A stretch of DNA of 64,000 nucleotides from Stegostoma tigrinum (GCF_030684315.1 NC_081396.1:5704001-5768000); one strand, 5' to 3'. Positions 36,304-49,712 are shown, numbered from the stretch's first letter. The notes: a model not told the origin generated them from the sequence alone. Numbers and translations are program-made.

Positions 36304-36611
36304 ATTCTAATTCCCTGGTGTCCCAGAGTCCGCCTCTGCAAACTTCTGCTGCAGGTGACACAGTTACTTTAAGCTGTGACTATTCAGGATTCGATCAGTA
36401 CACAGTTTACTGGTACAGTCAGTCCCCAGGACACGCTTTGAAATACCTCCTTCAAGGAGACACTTCAGGAAAGCAGAGAAAAGAAAATGCTGCCGGAGGA
36501 CGAATTTCTGCTTCTATTGATCCTAAGACGACAACCAGTCGGTTAATGATCTCTCAAATACAACTGAATGATTCTGCTGTTTATTACTGCGCAAGGAGTC
36601 GGTGCTCAGCA
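36304..36611 (+). CDS. Leaderless supporting TCR delta V segment (STCR-delta V) of NAR-TCR
   Basis: Acceptor CTACAG, then (D)SNSLVSQSPPLQTSAAGDTVTLSCDYSGFDQYTVYWYSQSPG...DSAVYYCARSRCSA. Both Cys and Trp are intact; no leader exon found; phase matches the upstream J donor. Confidence 0.9.
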
Positions 36612-36650
36612 CACAGAGATACAGAGCACGGAGAAAGCTCAACAAAAACT
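36612..36650 (+). other. 23-RSS of supporting V-delta
   Basis: CACAGAG + 23 nt + ACAAAAACT. Confidence 0.92.
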
Positions 36651-37956
36651 TTAACATCGTAGCCAATACTGAGGCAGAAAGTTATACAAAATCCTGAGCT
36701 TGGGGAGATTATGGCACAAAGATACAGAACATGGTGAGTGCTGTACAATAGCCTGAACTTGTTGAGGATTATAGACACAAATTGTAGAGAGAGCTGCACA
36801 AAATCGTGTTTGCAGAGGTTTGGAAGGCTGGATTCTGAGCCCGGGGTTGTGGTAGGGTGCGTGAGATGGTTCGTAGTCAGATTTTGCGTGATTAAATCAC
36901 AATTATTGTTTGGCAATGGACTGTTTATTGAGGAAACGTCTTATTCAGAGGAAAAATACTGGTTTTCGTGTAAATTAGTGTCTTATGTAGGTTGCTTGAT
37001 CTTTATACCCTGTTAATGGAAAGTCAGTCCGTAAAAGAGATGGCATGTTATGTTTTACAAAAGCGGTGGTTCGTATGAGTGGATTTAGCAATAACTTATG
37101 AATTCTAATTGGATGAGTATTAGAACAGGAATTGTGCTGGACTATTAGGAAAGAGCAAAGATTCGCGATCGAATTGGTTTACAACTTCATGGAGGGGGAT
37201 CATGCATAGTCAAAGAGTATTCGTTTGTTTAAAAGATAAATCAAAATAAACGTTCTGGCACCAATGAGACATTTTTTTCCAAAAACTCTGTTTCCAAGAA
37301 TGAGCCAGCGAGGTTCTTTCACTGCTGCCAGAAAGATACAACCAAAAGCATAAATTAACTTAAATTTAACATTGACTGTCAGAGGCCAATGATTTTGACA
37401 GAGCAATACTTTCAGAAATGTTCTATTACTCCTCCTTTTATGCCTTTTATTTTAGCCATTAGGTTGGTCAACTTTACTGATTTCAAATTAATGTCAATTT
37501 TCACAGTGCCTTCCATTGTATTTCTTTGCTCTGCTTGTGGTTTGTGCCATCGTGGGAGCTTGTCCCAGAGTGTCTCAGTTGTCGGTTGATTTCAGTTTGT
37601 GCAGATTCTGCTGTGGTTTTACTGGTTCTCACTGGGAGCTGCGTCTTCAGTATCTCTGATGATTTCAATCCCCTCAAAAATATTGCCTGATTCTCTCCCG
37701 TGGTCTCTCGGCCTAGTGACCTCTGAACTTTGTATCATATACAAGCTTCATAACAGGGACAGGAAATTGGGTAAAATTTACAGCACCAGTGTTTGTTTGT
37801 CACAAGACCAGCCCTCTCCGCTCTCTGTATAGTGATTTATTAGCAGATGGAACCATGAAACCCTCTCATCCTTCCTCCATTCGGTCGTTTGTGTGTTCCA
37901 CTAATTCCATACATCAGTGGTTCTATTCTGGACTACTGTATGTTTGTGTGAGTGCA

Positions 37957-38352
37957 ATAGAACATAGAACATAGAACATTACAGCACAGTGCAGGCCCTT
38001 CGGCCCTCGATGTTGCGCCAACCTGTCATACCGATCTCAAGCCCATCTAACCTACACTATTCCATGTACGTCCATATGTTTATCCAATGACGACTTAAAA
38101 GTACCTAAAGTTGACGAATCTACTACCATTGCAGGCAAAGCGTTCCATTCCGTTACTACTCTCTGAGTAAAGAAACTACCTCTGACATCTGTCCTATATC
38201 TTTCACCCCTCAATTTAAAGCTATGCCCCCTCGTGCTTGCCATCACCATCCTAGGAAAAAGGCTTTCCCTATCCAAACTATCTAACCCTCTGATTATTTT
38301 ATATGTTTCAATTAAGTCACCTCTCAACCTTCTTCTCTATAATGAAAACAAT
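37957..38352 (-). mobile_element. CR1 LINE 3' fragment
   Basis: ORF 38052-38327 is nearly identical to the 3' end of 51186-52397; (CATAGAA)n tail. Confidence 0.92.
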
Positions 38353-38954
38353 CTTCTTAATATCTCTGTCTGCTTTTTTTCGTGAACTTTGATATTTATG
38401 GCTCTTTGTCATGGAGTCACGCACAAGGACAATTTTCCAAATTAATTTCACTGAGCTCATACACCATTTAAAATATTTCTGCTCAATCACCTCCTGGTTC
38501 CATGTTTTCCGTACAAAAGTAATTGAATCAGTTCAAACTCTTTTGAGGGACCTTAATTGCTGCTGACCCCTTTTTCAGCTGAAGAATACCCCATCGCTGG
38601 TCATGTACGAACGTAGAAATTAGAAACACAGAAGAACATTCGAAATTCGAGCTTTCACTACCACTTTGTATGATGGTGGCTGATCTTCTCAAGCTGATGG
38701 AGAATCCGCACTTTCCTGGATGAGTGAAGCTCCATTATGACTCAAAAAACCAGACGTCATCTCGTTGAAATCAGCCAGTTGATGTGCAAAGCCTTCAGAA
38801 CATTTCACTCCCTGCATGACAGATACTTAGTAAAAGAAGAGTGTATGATCGACACAATGGATTGCAGAAACATAGAAAGTTGGAACATGAGTGAGCTTCT
38901 TTTTGTCGATGAACAGATTTTGATTAGTACAGGAACAAACGTACATCATTTGAA

Positions 38955-39625
38955 TGACAGCAGGCTGTGAAGAAAGCTAATAGCATGCTGGCCTTCATAA
39001 CAAGAGGAATTGAGTATAGGAGCAAAGAGGTCCTTCTGCAGCTGTACAGGGCCCTGGTGAGACCGCACCTGGAGTATTGTGGGCAGTTTTGGTCTCCAAA
39101 TTTGAGGAAGGACGTTCTTGCTATTGAGGGAGTGCAGCGTAGGTTCACGAGGTCAATTCCCGGAATCGCGGGACTATCATATGTTGAAAGATTGGAGCGA
39201 CTGGGCTTGTATACACTTGAGTTTAGAAGGATGAGAGGGGATCTGATTGAGGTGTATAAGATTATTAAGGAATTGGACACTCTGGAGGCAGGAAGCATGT
39301 TTCCGCTGATGGGTGAGTCCAGAGCCAAAGGACACAGTTTAAAATTAAGGAATAGGCCATTTAGAACAGAGTTGAGGAAAAACTTCTTCACCCAGAGTGG
39401 TGGATATATGGAATGCTCTGCCCCAGAAGGCAGTAGAGGCCAGCTCTCTGGATACTTTTACTAAAGAGATAGATAGAGCTCTTAAAGATAGAGGAATCAA
39501 GGGTTATGGGGATACGGCAGGTCCAGGATACTGATTGTGGATGATCAGCCACGATCATAATGACTGGTGGTGCTGGTTCAAAAGGTCGAATGGCCTACTC
39601 CAGCACCTATTGTCTATTGTCGATT
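38955..39625 (+). mobile_element. CR1 LINE 3' fragment (second subfamily)
   Basis: ORF 38967-39464 KKANSMLAFI...RPHLEYC...RGDLIEVYK; CTATTGT repeat tail. Confidence 0.92.
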
Positions 39626-42457
39626 GAATTTTAGATGAGCTCTGACTTAGTTAGTGAGTTGACATTCCTCATTATTATTTTGCTAATTCCTGTCGGCTTA
39701 ATAAGCTTTTAAGCTTGTTTTTCATTATACTTTCCCAGATACTATGTAACATTTCACAAGCCCTATTTCCTTTTCTACCAGTGTTCGTATGTTGATGGGC
39801 CGACAGTGTTGACGCATCCTATCTATCAATAGTATAATAACTGACAATCGCTTCAACTGTCCATCAATTTATTACCAGGAGAATGTACGTTGCTTCAACT
39901 AGTACAGCGATAGCTATGTTATTGTTCACACTTAACTTCGCTGCATCATTTCTATCGGTTTTTGCTGATGTTACATCACACCGGATTATTGTCTCCAATA
40001 AGCTGTGTCATGCCTCTGCTTCCATTAAGATCCATTCCTTTTTTTTTCTAGACTGTGTCAATGGCATTGTACAATCAAAAGCTGTTTACTACATTCGACT
40101 CTGTTTGAGTCCATATTGCACCTTCAGGTTTCTTAATTATTCCTGCAACGTTATATTCTTCTTTTTAAGTTGTGTTATCTCTGCACCTATGAACACTGCC
40201 GTTGGCTTTAGCTCATTTGTTACCGCACTACAGTATGAACCTTGCTGCATTGAATCGACCGTGTCATTCTTGTGGATGAAGTAGGCATTTTAATTTTCAG
40301 CCATCTTCCAGTCACTCACTAAACTGATGTTTGTCTCGTTATATTAAATATTGACATTAGTCAACTGTGTCTGCACCAGAAACTCTGAACACAAACTTGA
40401 GCACTTGAGCTCCCTTCGTGCACTTGTAATTGATCTGACAAAATGAAGGATTTTTCAGACTCAACATGACCAAAATTTTCATTTGATGCTCTCTACCACA
40501 TTAACCTCCCGTGTTTGCTAACTGTGCATTCTAATTTATTGAACCGTTTAATCAGCGTTCACGTATTCGGCACTAAAACGTAGATGAATGAATATGTATG
40601 GTGAAGTAAATTGACACTCGAAATAAAAATCAAACTAAGAAATACCAGAAAAAAAACAGAAACAGAAAGGATAGTTTTGCAACACCACTCAGCTCAGTAT
40701 CTGCTGTCAGGGAGTTCACTTGATCCAGTCACAAAGTCATGTTTTGTCGGGTTGGATGAACCAAAGAAATTAAAACGAGCCATTCCAAAATTGAAATTCA
40801 ATCATTGACATTGTTGGAGGACGTGCAACAGTAAGATAATCTGTCTGTTCAGCGAAAGTTAAGCAAGGTGCATGTTATAACGTAATTGCCCATCACGAGA
40901 CAATCATTCAAACTAAATAGAGACACATTTAATTATGTCACAGAGCAAAAATCCACCAAGATATCAACGCTAGTAGTTACTGAACGAGGATGCACTCGTC
41001 AGACATTACTTTCTTCGTTGTCATTTGCTGTTCATAAAATGCCGCAAATACTCCCTCTGATAAGTCACTGATGCTCAAGAAAAGTTTTGTCATGTTTGTG
41101 CATTTCCACAAATTTATTCCCCTTTCATGATTCGGTGGAATTCTTCCAACATGAAACATTTTGATTTTAAGGGACTTCAACCCGCCTCCAGTACATTTAT
41201 TATGTTATTGGATATTATTTGTGCTGTGGCAAATAATCAAACATTACTTACAATTTCAGTATTATGAAAGGCAAGCTGTTCTTGAATTCTGCATATTGTG
41301 TATTTATGGGAAAGTTGCCTACTGACGCTGAACTACAAATCGTGATGAATGACTTTGCATCAATATTATACTATAATACTGTCACAAATTAGGCTCCATT
41401 CCAATTCGGTAGTATGCAAACAGTGTTTCAATCCATTGTCAGATTAATTGTTTCGCATTGTGCTAAAATGCCTATTTTGCGCATGTATCATTGCATTATC
41501 TGAATATTATTTTCCCTGTGGTAGTACCTTATGTTTTGTAATACAAGCATACATTCAGTGATTAATGACTCTACAGCCTATTTCATGGTACAATATAATA
41601 GAGTTCCCAACGGACTGCACCAATATTAATGCGGTCTTTAGAATTAATTAGAGTTTAGTCTAAAAGACACCCATGAAGATTCAAGACTTTTAAGCTGTTG
41701 TTAATTTGCTTCCTTGCTGCGAAGTTCCACGCTTTTGGATATTTGCATTGTTTCATAAAAACCAGAAAAGGCGCACTTCATCTTAAGCCACGTCACTGCA
41801 GAGGTGAAACGCCAGAACAATTTAATTAACCATTTTATACTGAATGTATATGACATATTATTAAAAGGTTTGATCAAAAGAACGTCTGAAAGAAGGTGTC
41901 AGTCGTGGAGCAGCTGAAGTGATACTTCCAGCGATTAGGGCTTTACTCATTAAATCATTAATTGACATAGATAGAAGTACCAATGTGAGCTACAGGAGGG
42001 AGAGAGAATGACAGTTAACATGAGATTTATAACTGTTGTTGGGTGTTACAGGAATGGATATGGCGAAACTCTGGGACTTCTGAAAGATGTAGATGTAGAA
42101 GGATGAGATTGTAAATGGTAAGACAACATTAGCGAGGAGCCAATGTTGGTCACAGTTTGTGGGTCAAAGGATGAACAGTGCATGGCAGGAATTAGATCAT
42201 GGGCACCACATTGTTCCGCTTATCCTGAATTAAACAAGTAGCCGCTGAAATTTATTCAGTGACCAGAGAGCAACATTTATTCCCAGTGCTTATCATATGA
42301 ACAGATGTGTTATGCTACACTGGATGTCCAACACTTGTCAATAGTTTAAAAATTGTCGGAGACTGGAAGTGACAAGGTGATGGCTGGAGATTGCAGGAGG
42401 CAACCCCTGCTGCCTAGAAAGAGTTCAGTCATAGCTATCTCTTTTGGGAAGTCACAT

Positions 42458-42978
42458 CAACTTGTTGGCGATTTTAATCCAACTCGAGGGTGGTGCAGTC
42501 TCTCCAGCTGCATTATCTACTAATATTTTGGTGATTGCAGTGAGTGATTTCCATGTTACAACCACCAGAGTTATCCTCAATGGAATCAGTAGTATCAAAT
42601 TCTAGGCAAGTGTCTGACCTACACTTCTGCGTGCAGATTCAGCATCTTGATGGCCTATGTCATAGTCGATTGCTCCATCTGATGACAGTTGCCTTCGCCA
42701 TTGACTTTTTTGTGGTTATCTGCAACCAGAAACCGAAGACCAGACATGACACGGAGGAAACAGCATCATTGATCAATGGACTGATCTGTGTCCTGAGCTT
42801 TATCAAAAACGTCCCTTTTTACTTTGCATTCAAGCCTTTGTTCATTTTGTATGGAATACCATGGATTTGGAGCATCAAAGCCAACATCTGCATCTGGCCA
42901 GCTTGGCAGGCTTATGATTATTTCTTTCAGATCTTTACCCTTTCTCACCTGTTCATCCTCATTTGTTGCAACCCTTAA
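42458..42978 (+). pseudogene. GPR139-like GPCR pseudogene (exon 2 remnant, TM1-TM5)
   Basis: TCACAT (mutated acceptor), NLLAIL, frameshifts and stop, then MTVAFAIDFFVVICNQKPKTRHDTEETASLINGLICVLSFIKNVPFYF..PW..WQAYD, colinear with both intact GPCRs; truncated in TM5. A possible decayed exon 1 lies near 41160-41230. Confidence 0.85.
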
Positions 42979-43249
42979 GCAATGAATGTTTGGAAAATCC
43001 CTTCATTTTGATCTTTTTTTCCCACCACACTGGCTATGTGTGCGCTGCTCCTATATGCACCCGTTCCAGCAATCTGATCAAAAGAAGCTCCAGTAAGTAA
43101 AGGGATATAAAAGCAATTCTCCTATTTTACAGATACCTGAAGCATTTCCAGAACTATTGTCAATTCTTCACTGCCAGACGAGAGGCAAACTTGTGATTGA
43201 TGTCCAGCCTCATTGTTTCCACTGCCCATTGGTCACGTCCTGCTGCCAT

Positions 43250-44392
43250 TTGTTTATTCATTTATTTCCTTCTGAAGTATTTTCTTTTTACTTTTCCCCA
43301 TCGATTCATTGCTTACTTATGTCCTTCCTTCTAGACTTCCTTCATCATTTTCTCCCTTCGTGACTTTCTTTCCTTTTTCAGAACTATCGTTTCTCTCCAT
43401 CCCAGTCTCAATTTCACAACCACTGCAATGTAACATGCTCCTAAAGAAGACTGGCAAACCAGTACAAGTGTTTGAACTGTATGATCAGAACGATGTGGCG
43501 TGTTGATTGATGACTTTGTGCGTTTTACACTCCCTTCTTCTGTTCATAAAACATGGATTATTTAATATTGTACCAACATCATCAGCTCCAGTTTCTGCAT
43601 TAGTAATCTGTGACCTCCTTTTATTTCAATTAAACATATTAATTTCTTAAATAACGTTGAATTGCTGGAGATACTCAGCAGATCTGGTACAACTGTGGAG
43701 AGATAGCTGAGTTCAGTGACACTTCTTCAGGATTCATTGATAAATTGGCAGTTTCCTTCACTATCAATTCATTTTGTAAGATCTTTTTCTTACTTATTTG
43801 AGGAAGACAGAATCCAAATTTTTGTTCAAAGTTTACCTTTTTAAAATTAATGTATACATCTGACCTTCACTGTTTGTCGATTTCGCTCTTTTAAACAAGT
43901 TAACATTCCTAATCATGCAGGTGCCCCATTTCATGGTCCATTTGGATATATTTTTGTTCTCGATATTGACTAATATTAACCCCCCAGAAATGTGGAGTTG
44001 TTCAATTTTTTTTCACCGAGATGAGGAAATAATTCAAGAGAAGAAATCACCCTTTCAGCCTGGAGCTGGTTCAAGATACAATTTGAAAAGACATTTGGAC
44101 AGTAGCTCCTCCATAGCTACCTGTTAGTAGTCCTCCACAGGCAAATCGGATGCTGAGTAGCTGCACTGCATGGTCCACTGTGCAGAAAGGGAGTCAGATA
44201 TTTGAACATACCAATTTGAAACAGAGCCCCACCTTCAATAAAATGCTGTCTTATACCAGATACTTCCACCTCACCCTTATGTGTTGGTAGAAATTTTGTG
44301 ATGGCATTAGGAAAAGTGTTGATTCTCACTTCCTTGACCCATGATGTGTTGGCCACAGTCATTAAACTAGATGAGCAAGCATTTCAACACAC
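43250..44392. repeat. Segmental duplication block X, copy 2 (paralog 20318-21395)
   Basis: Colinear similarity to 20318-21395. Confidence 0.85.
43836..44225 (-). pseudogene. Highly degenerate V-segment relic with 23-RSS remnant
   Basis: TMQCSYSASDLPVEDY*; GAT-TA-GGA-ATG-TTA-ACT-TGT resembles DSGMYYC; then AACAGTG + exactly 23 nt + TTAAAAAGG. Confidence 0.5.
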
Positions 44393-44669
44393 TATCTACC
44401 ATCGATGATAAGCAATTCTTCAAATCGCCAGTGATCCTACACTCAGGTCTCCCGATTTCTCTACCCCTCTCCTTCATTTTACTGCTGTTTATCTTGTTAC
44501 AAATTTAATGTACGCTGCTAACTTGCTCACACACGACACATCCGTTAATTCCCCTCCAAATTAAAATCCCGGTGGCCCCACAAACTCTCATTTCCCACAT
44601 TATTGCTCTCAATTTCAGCCTCATCTGTCAGCATCTCTAACGTCATTCACCTATCTCCGCGCCCAAAAT

Positions 44670-44960
44670 GAAGGTGATGGCCTCGTGGTATTGCCACTGA
44701 CCTATTAATCCACAGATCCCAGTAACGTTCAAGGAAAGCAGGTTCGATTCCTTCCATAGGGGAATCAAAATTAACAAATATGCCATAATTGAGAATGAAT
44801 AATTTGTCTCAATAAGGTCCTTTAGGGAAGGAAGCTGTCGTCCATGCCTGGTTTATTTGAGCTGACATGTGATGCCAGACCCACAGCACTGTGGCTTCCA
44901 CTAATTTTTAGAGGTGGAGAAAATGCCACCAAAGCCCATAATCGCATGCATAAGTTAAAA
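44670..44960 (+). mobile_element. Degenerate tRNA-derived SINE (SacSINE/Deu-like)
   Basis: TGGCCTCGTGG A box, GGTTCGATTCC B box, core shared with 58080-58430. Confidence 0.55.
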
Positions 44961-45504
44961 AGGCACTAATTATGTTTCTCTGTAATAACTCAGTTTGTCT
45001 CTCTCACCCTGCAGTCTTATTTCAGGACCTGCAGTTGAACAAAAGATGAGGGAAATTGAGTTTAAAGGAGGCGCTCGCACCTGATTTTTGTTAAATTGTA
45101 ATCTTTCAAATCAAACTCAGTCTGATTACCTGTTTATATATATTCAGAAAGAGCGCGACAGAAAAGGGGAATGAAGGTGAAACTCATATCAAGAAAGAGA
45201 GATACCATCAGAAAGAGATAAGTATGGGACTGAGTGATACACAGAGGAACGAGCAAAAGGGTGCGATAAAAGTGAAATGGTGGTCACTGAAACAGAGAAA
45301 TTCCAGGAGAGAAAGAAGTACCAACCCAGAGACACACACAGACAACCGAGCTACATGTTGTGCCCTAAGTGAATAGACAGAGACCGACGCAATCACATGA
45401 ATGATGCAATGATTGAATTAGCATTTCTGTGGCAGTTTAAAGCCAACATCGCCGGTGAGCATATGAGTTACGCTTGTGAATTTATATGTTTGCTCTGATT
45501 TGTC

Positions 45505-46370
45505 TGATGACTATGCCAGTGGACTGGAGGATAGCTAATGTGCTACCATCATTTCATAAGGAAGCAAGGGATCGACGCAGAAACTGCAGTCCAGTCATTA
45601 TAACCTCTGCAGTGGATAACCTGTTTGAAGCAATTCTAAGTGATAGAAGTAATGTGAACTTACAGGGGTAGGATTAACGAAGATCAGACAGCATGGTTTT
45701 GTTCAAGACAGCTCGTGGCTGACCACCTTGATTGATTTTTTGGAAAGCTGATCAGGAGTACAGAAGAGAAAAATGCATTTAGCATGGGCTATTTGGACGT
45801 CAGCAAGGCTTTTGCTAATTTCCTGCATGAGAGACTTATAGCAAGAATAAGAGTACATGGGATGCGAGCCTAACAGCCCATTTAATTTAAGCAAACTTCA
45901 CTGTTTCTGGATCCTGAATTAGGCGAAACGCAGGAAGAAGTGGGCAATGGTCAGGGGTTTTTTTTGTGACTGGAAACATGATTTCAGTTGGGTTCTGAAG
46001 TGGTCAGCGTTGTGGGACTTTTATTTATGGCTAATATAAATGATTGAAACTTTGAAGACAACAGTATTGATCAGTACCTTTGTGGATGCTATGAAGATTA
46101 GTCATGATATGATGATAGTGGGTGAAGATCGTCTTAGATCACAGGAGAAGAAATATGGGATCATCAGATAGGCCAATCCGAGAAAAATCGAATTCCGTCC
46201 GGATAAGTGTGAGGTAATCCACATGGATAGAACAAGGAAGGCAAGGAATGATCAGCCATAGCATACCGGGAAGCCCTTAGAATCCAAGAGTCCTTGCCCA
46301 CTCATCCCCTAAGGTAGTAGGACAGAATATGGCAACAACTGGGATAACTGCCTTTATTAGCTGAATTATA
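45505..46370 (+). mobile_element. Old CR1 LINE RT fragment
   Basis: PVDWRIANV..F.K, QHGF, D.SKAF and DKCEV motifs with many disablements. Confidence 0.7.
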
Positions 46371-47259
46371 AACTTTATGATAACATAATAGCTTGTAACA
46401 AATGGTCATCTTCTCAACTTGGGCCTGGCCAAATGGTTAGAATTTTTCATCAGCTCCCGAAAGAATTTAATACACAAGATACAATAAGCAAACTGCAAAG
46501 TATCTGTGATGAGAAAAGGCTTTGCAGATTCGTGTAGAGAACTTTCAACAGATGCAGTCTGATCTTAATGTTCAGCTCTGTGCAAAATTCAAAAACTACA
46601 TTAATCTTGAGGCTGATGGCAACTGAACAGTTCATTTTCACTAGTGCCATTTCACTCAAATTAAAGCTTTAAGTTTCCAAGTAGGACAGACTTTAAGATG
46701 GATTTTTTTTAAATCCGTCTTTATTTTCTTCATGACTAGTTAAAGCTCTGTTATGTTTGTCCTGCAGATCCATTTAATTCATGAAAAAAGTATTCCCTGT
46801 TTTACATCGTATGATGTATCGCATAAACATTACCAAGTAACCCGTAATACCCCCAGCCCCATGGAAGACACAGAAGTCTACTCGTCCACCCTGCACGATT
46901 TGTCAGCACAAAGCCCCAAGAATCGTGCCTCCCCAAGGTGCAGAACAATGTCCCAGCCATCGCTGCATAATGATCATGAACTTGTCTCCATTATTTCCAA
47001 TGAAAAGAATGTAGAAAAAGAAATTTTAAAATAAATGAAGTTTCAGCAGAAATCGATGTTGCCAACATTTCCACTCCCCCCAGCACAAGCTCCACCTCCC
47101 ACTCCCACTCCCCCGCCAAGTTCCATTGAGGCCAATTTACTGTGCCGACTATAACATCCCACTAATGTCACTGGATACACGGATAGCATGACCTGTTCTA
47201 GTCCATCAGTATTCATATCAAACCCATCATTATCAGCTCAAAGTCAGTCATTATGGGTA

Positions 47260-47387
47260 TAACAAAATGGTTCCGAGCTTTCAACATTTCAGTGGCAATC
47301 TCAATCTCGTACAAAGTACTTTTCAAACGTCCGTGAATATTTTGAAGATGACAGTCAGCACCGTGTATTACTGCTGTCTGAGACCGC
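47260..47387 (+). pseudogene. TCR V-segment 3' relic (FR3 only recognisable)
   Basis: + strand frame QHFSGNLNLVQSTFQTSVNILKMTVSTVYYCCLRP is directly followed by an RSS; 5' part has stops. Confidence 0.75.
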
Positions 47388-47426
47388 CACAATGAATTAG
47401 GATGCCTCAAACCTCATACAAAAACT
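47388..47426 (+). other. 23-RSS of V relic
   Basis: CACAATG + 23 nt + ACAAAAACT. Confidence 0.88.
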
Positions 47427-48184
47427 GAACGTCTGTAGAAATCAATGGTGAGTTCAACAAAATGCAGGTGATGGAATCATTCAGTATCTGTACAGGGAAT
47501 CATAAAATGCATACAGAATCAGAAGCAAGTGCAGTCGTCACAGCCACTACATGATTCTCAGTCAGAGAGTCGGAGAGTTGTTGATCCTCGGCACCTGACT
47601 TTACTTAACATTAATTATGATAGATGATTCGACAATGTGGTCAATGGGGATAGTTCTGAGAAAAGTTACTTGGTGCAGTCAATTATATTGAGAGCAAGCT
47701 CAGGTCACATACTCCTCCTTGTTCAGACATCATGGACAGTGGGACAAAAATGCTGGAAGTTCATTGGGTGTCACCTTTGGACACTGCCAGCTGTGAACCA
47801 CGACTGGATTTGACTCCTCGTCTAAACTCTGATCTGATACTTTTCGTCTTCGCCTCCCTCCGTTCAAATCCAATATCAGCTCTGAAAACATGACACATCA
47901 GCTATTATTATTTACACATTCATCATAGCTGCAACTATCTAATAATATAAGTTTGACAAACTGTGATACCTCTCTTTTGCAAGTGACACTGACATCTTGT
48001 CCTTTAAATTATGCTCTTCCTAGATTTGTGACATGGCCTGTTACATTGATTGTCAAAGGGACACAACGACAGAATCAGAGGGCGCCTCGCCCAGAAACTC
48101 TGTTGTAGCAGCCATTGTATTGGGGACAGAATGTAAAGAAGCCTGGACCTACTAAACTTGGCAGCAATTTATGCTCCTTTAAAA

Positions 48185-48610
48185 TAGAAACGTAGAAACA
48201 TGGAAAATAGCTGTCAGAGTAAACAGTTGGAGTTTGCAACGCCATTCAATGTAATTATGGCTGATCATGCAATTTCAGTATCCCACTCCTACTTTCTCTC
48301 AATGCCTCTTGAACCCATTGGCCACATAGACCATGTCCAACTCCCTCGAAAATGTATCTACAGAACAGGCCCCAACAGCTGCTTGAGTTAGACAATTCTA
48401 CAGTTCACATGAATGAAGAAATTCTTCCTCAGCTCAGTCCTGAATGGCTTACCCTTTATTCTTAGACTGTGACCCCTAGTTCTGGACATTCACAATATCG
48501 GGAGCATTCTTCCCTCATCGAGCCACTCATTCCCAATATGATTTCAAGTGCTTCGACGTGATCCCACCCAACATTTCCCTGCCCGCATTCTTCTAAATCC
48601 CAGTGAGTAC
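48185..48610 (-). mobile_element. CR1 LINE 3' fragment
   Basis: Reverse complement resembles the 3' end of 38955-39625 (GGGTCACAGTCTAAGAATAAAGGGTAAGCCATTCAGGACTGAG). Confidence 0.65.
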
Positions 48611-48974
48611 AGGTCTATCTGCAATGTTGTAAAATCCAAGTGCGACGGATGGGAAAGTTTATATCTGCACTTTTAACATCGAGAGCTTTGTGAACATAAT
48701 GTATAAACTGTTCATAAAAGCTGACCAACGTATCTTACTTGGTATTCCTGATGAATCAGAAAGTCGATTGAACAAAAAATCTAACCTGAAAAATAGAAAA
48801 CAGTTTACAACAAGCACAAGCAGAGTTTTGAGAATTCTGAAGAGTGCAGATTTAAGGCTTGATGTCAATATGACATCGACATGCATTTTCCCCGCGTGCC
48901 CAGATATTGGTGCAAACCGGATTCTCCATGTCTGCTTTTATGTCTGCATCTGAGTTCAGCGAATCGCTGCATCT

Positions 48975-49275
48975 TATTGAATTTCACATCCACTGAACTA
49001 CAGAACCCCAGCACTGTGGAAGCAGGCAATTCGGCCCATCGTGTCCGCACTGCCCTTTCAAAAGCCATCTCACCCAGACCCACCAACACAATCCCTGTAA
49101 CCCTACATTTCCTCATGAACAATCCACTGTACTTGCACATATTTAACTGAGTGAGGAAACTGGGGCACAAGGAGGAGACTCACAAGACACGAGGGGAATG
49201 CGTAAACTCCACAAAGACATTCTTTCAAGGGTGTAATTAAACCAAAGTCCGTGGGCATGTGAGGCAGCCACTTTG
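48975..49275 (-). mobile_element. HE1-type SINE (degraded)
   Basis: Reverse complement of the 25537-25852 family. Confidence 0.6.
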
Positions 49276-49576
49276 GCATCATATTGCAAGTTTCTTTTTT
49301 CTGCCCAATTTGATCTGTCCAATGAACAGCAACATCCATTAATTTAATTCACAACCATTCATTTTAATTTCATTTCAGGTTAACTGATGCCGGTTGTCAC
49401 TTCGCAGAGAGACCCAGCCTGCAAATATGTTTTCCTCCTGCGTTTCCTTGTATAAATAGCACTTCGCTCCCCATTTGGTCTCTGGTCACTGAACCTACGT
49501 ATTTTGTTATTTGAAAAAGGTAGGAATACATAAATGCATTTCTACTTAATATATTTGCCAGAATTCGAATGCATGG

Positions 49577-49712
49577 TGACTTGGGAGGAAACACACAGAG
49601 ATGTGGGGACAATGTGTATACTCCACACAGACAGTTGCCCAAGAATGTAATTGAGCCTGGGTCCCTGGCGTTGTGAGGCAGCAGTGCTAGCCACTGAGTC
49701 ACCGTGCTGCCC
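49577..49712 (-). mobile_element. HE1-type SINE 5' half
   Basis: GGGCAGCACGGTGACTCAGTGGCTAGCACTGCTGCCTCAC on the minus strand. Confidence 0.7.
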
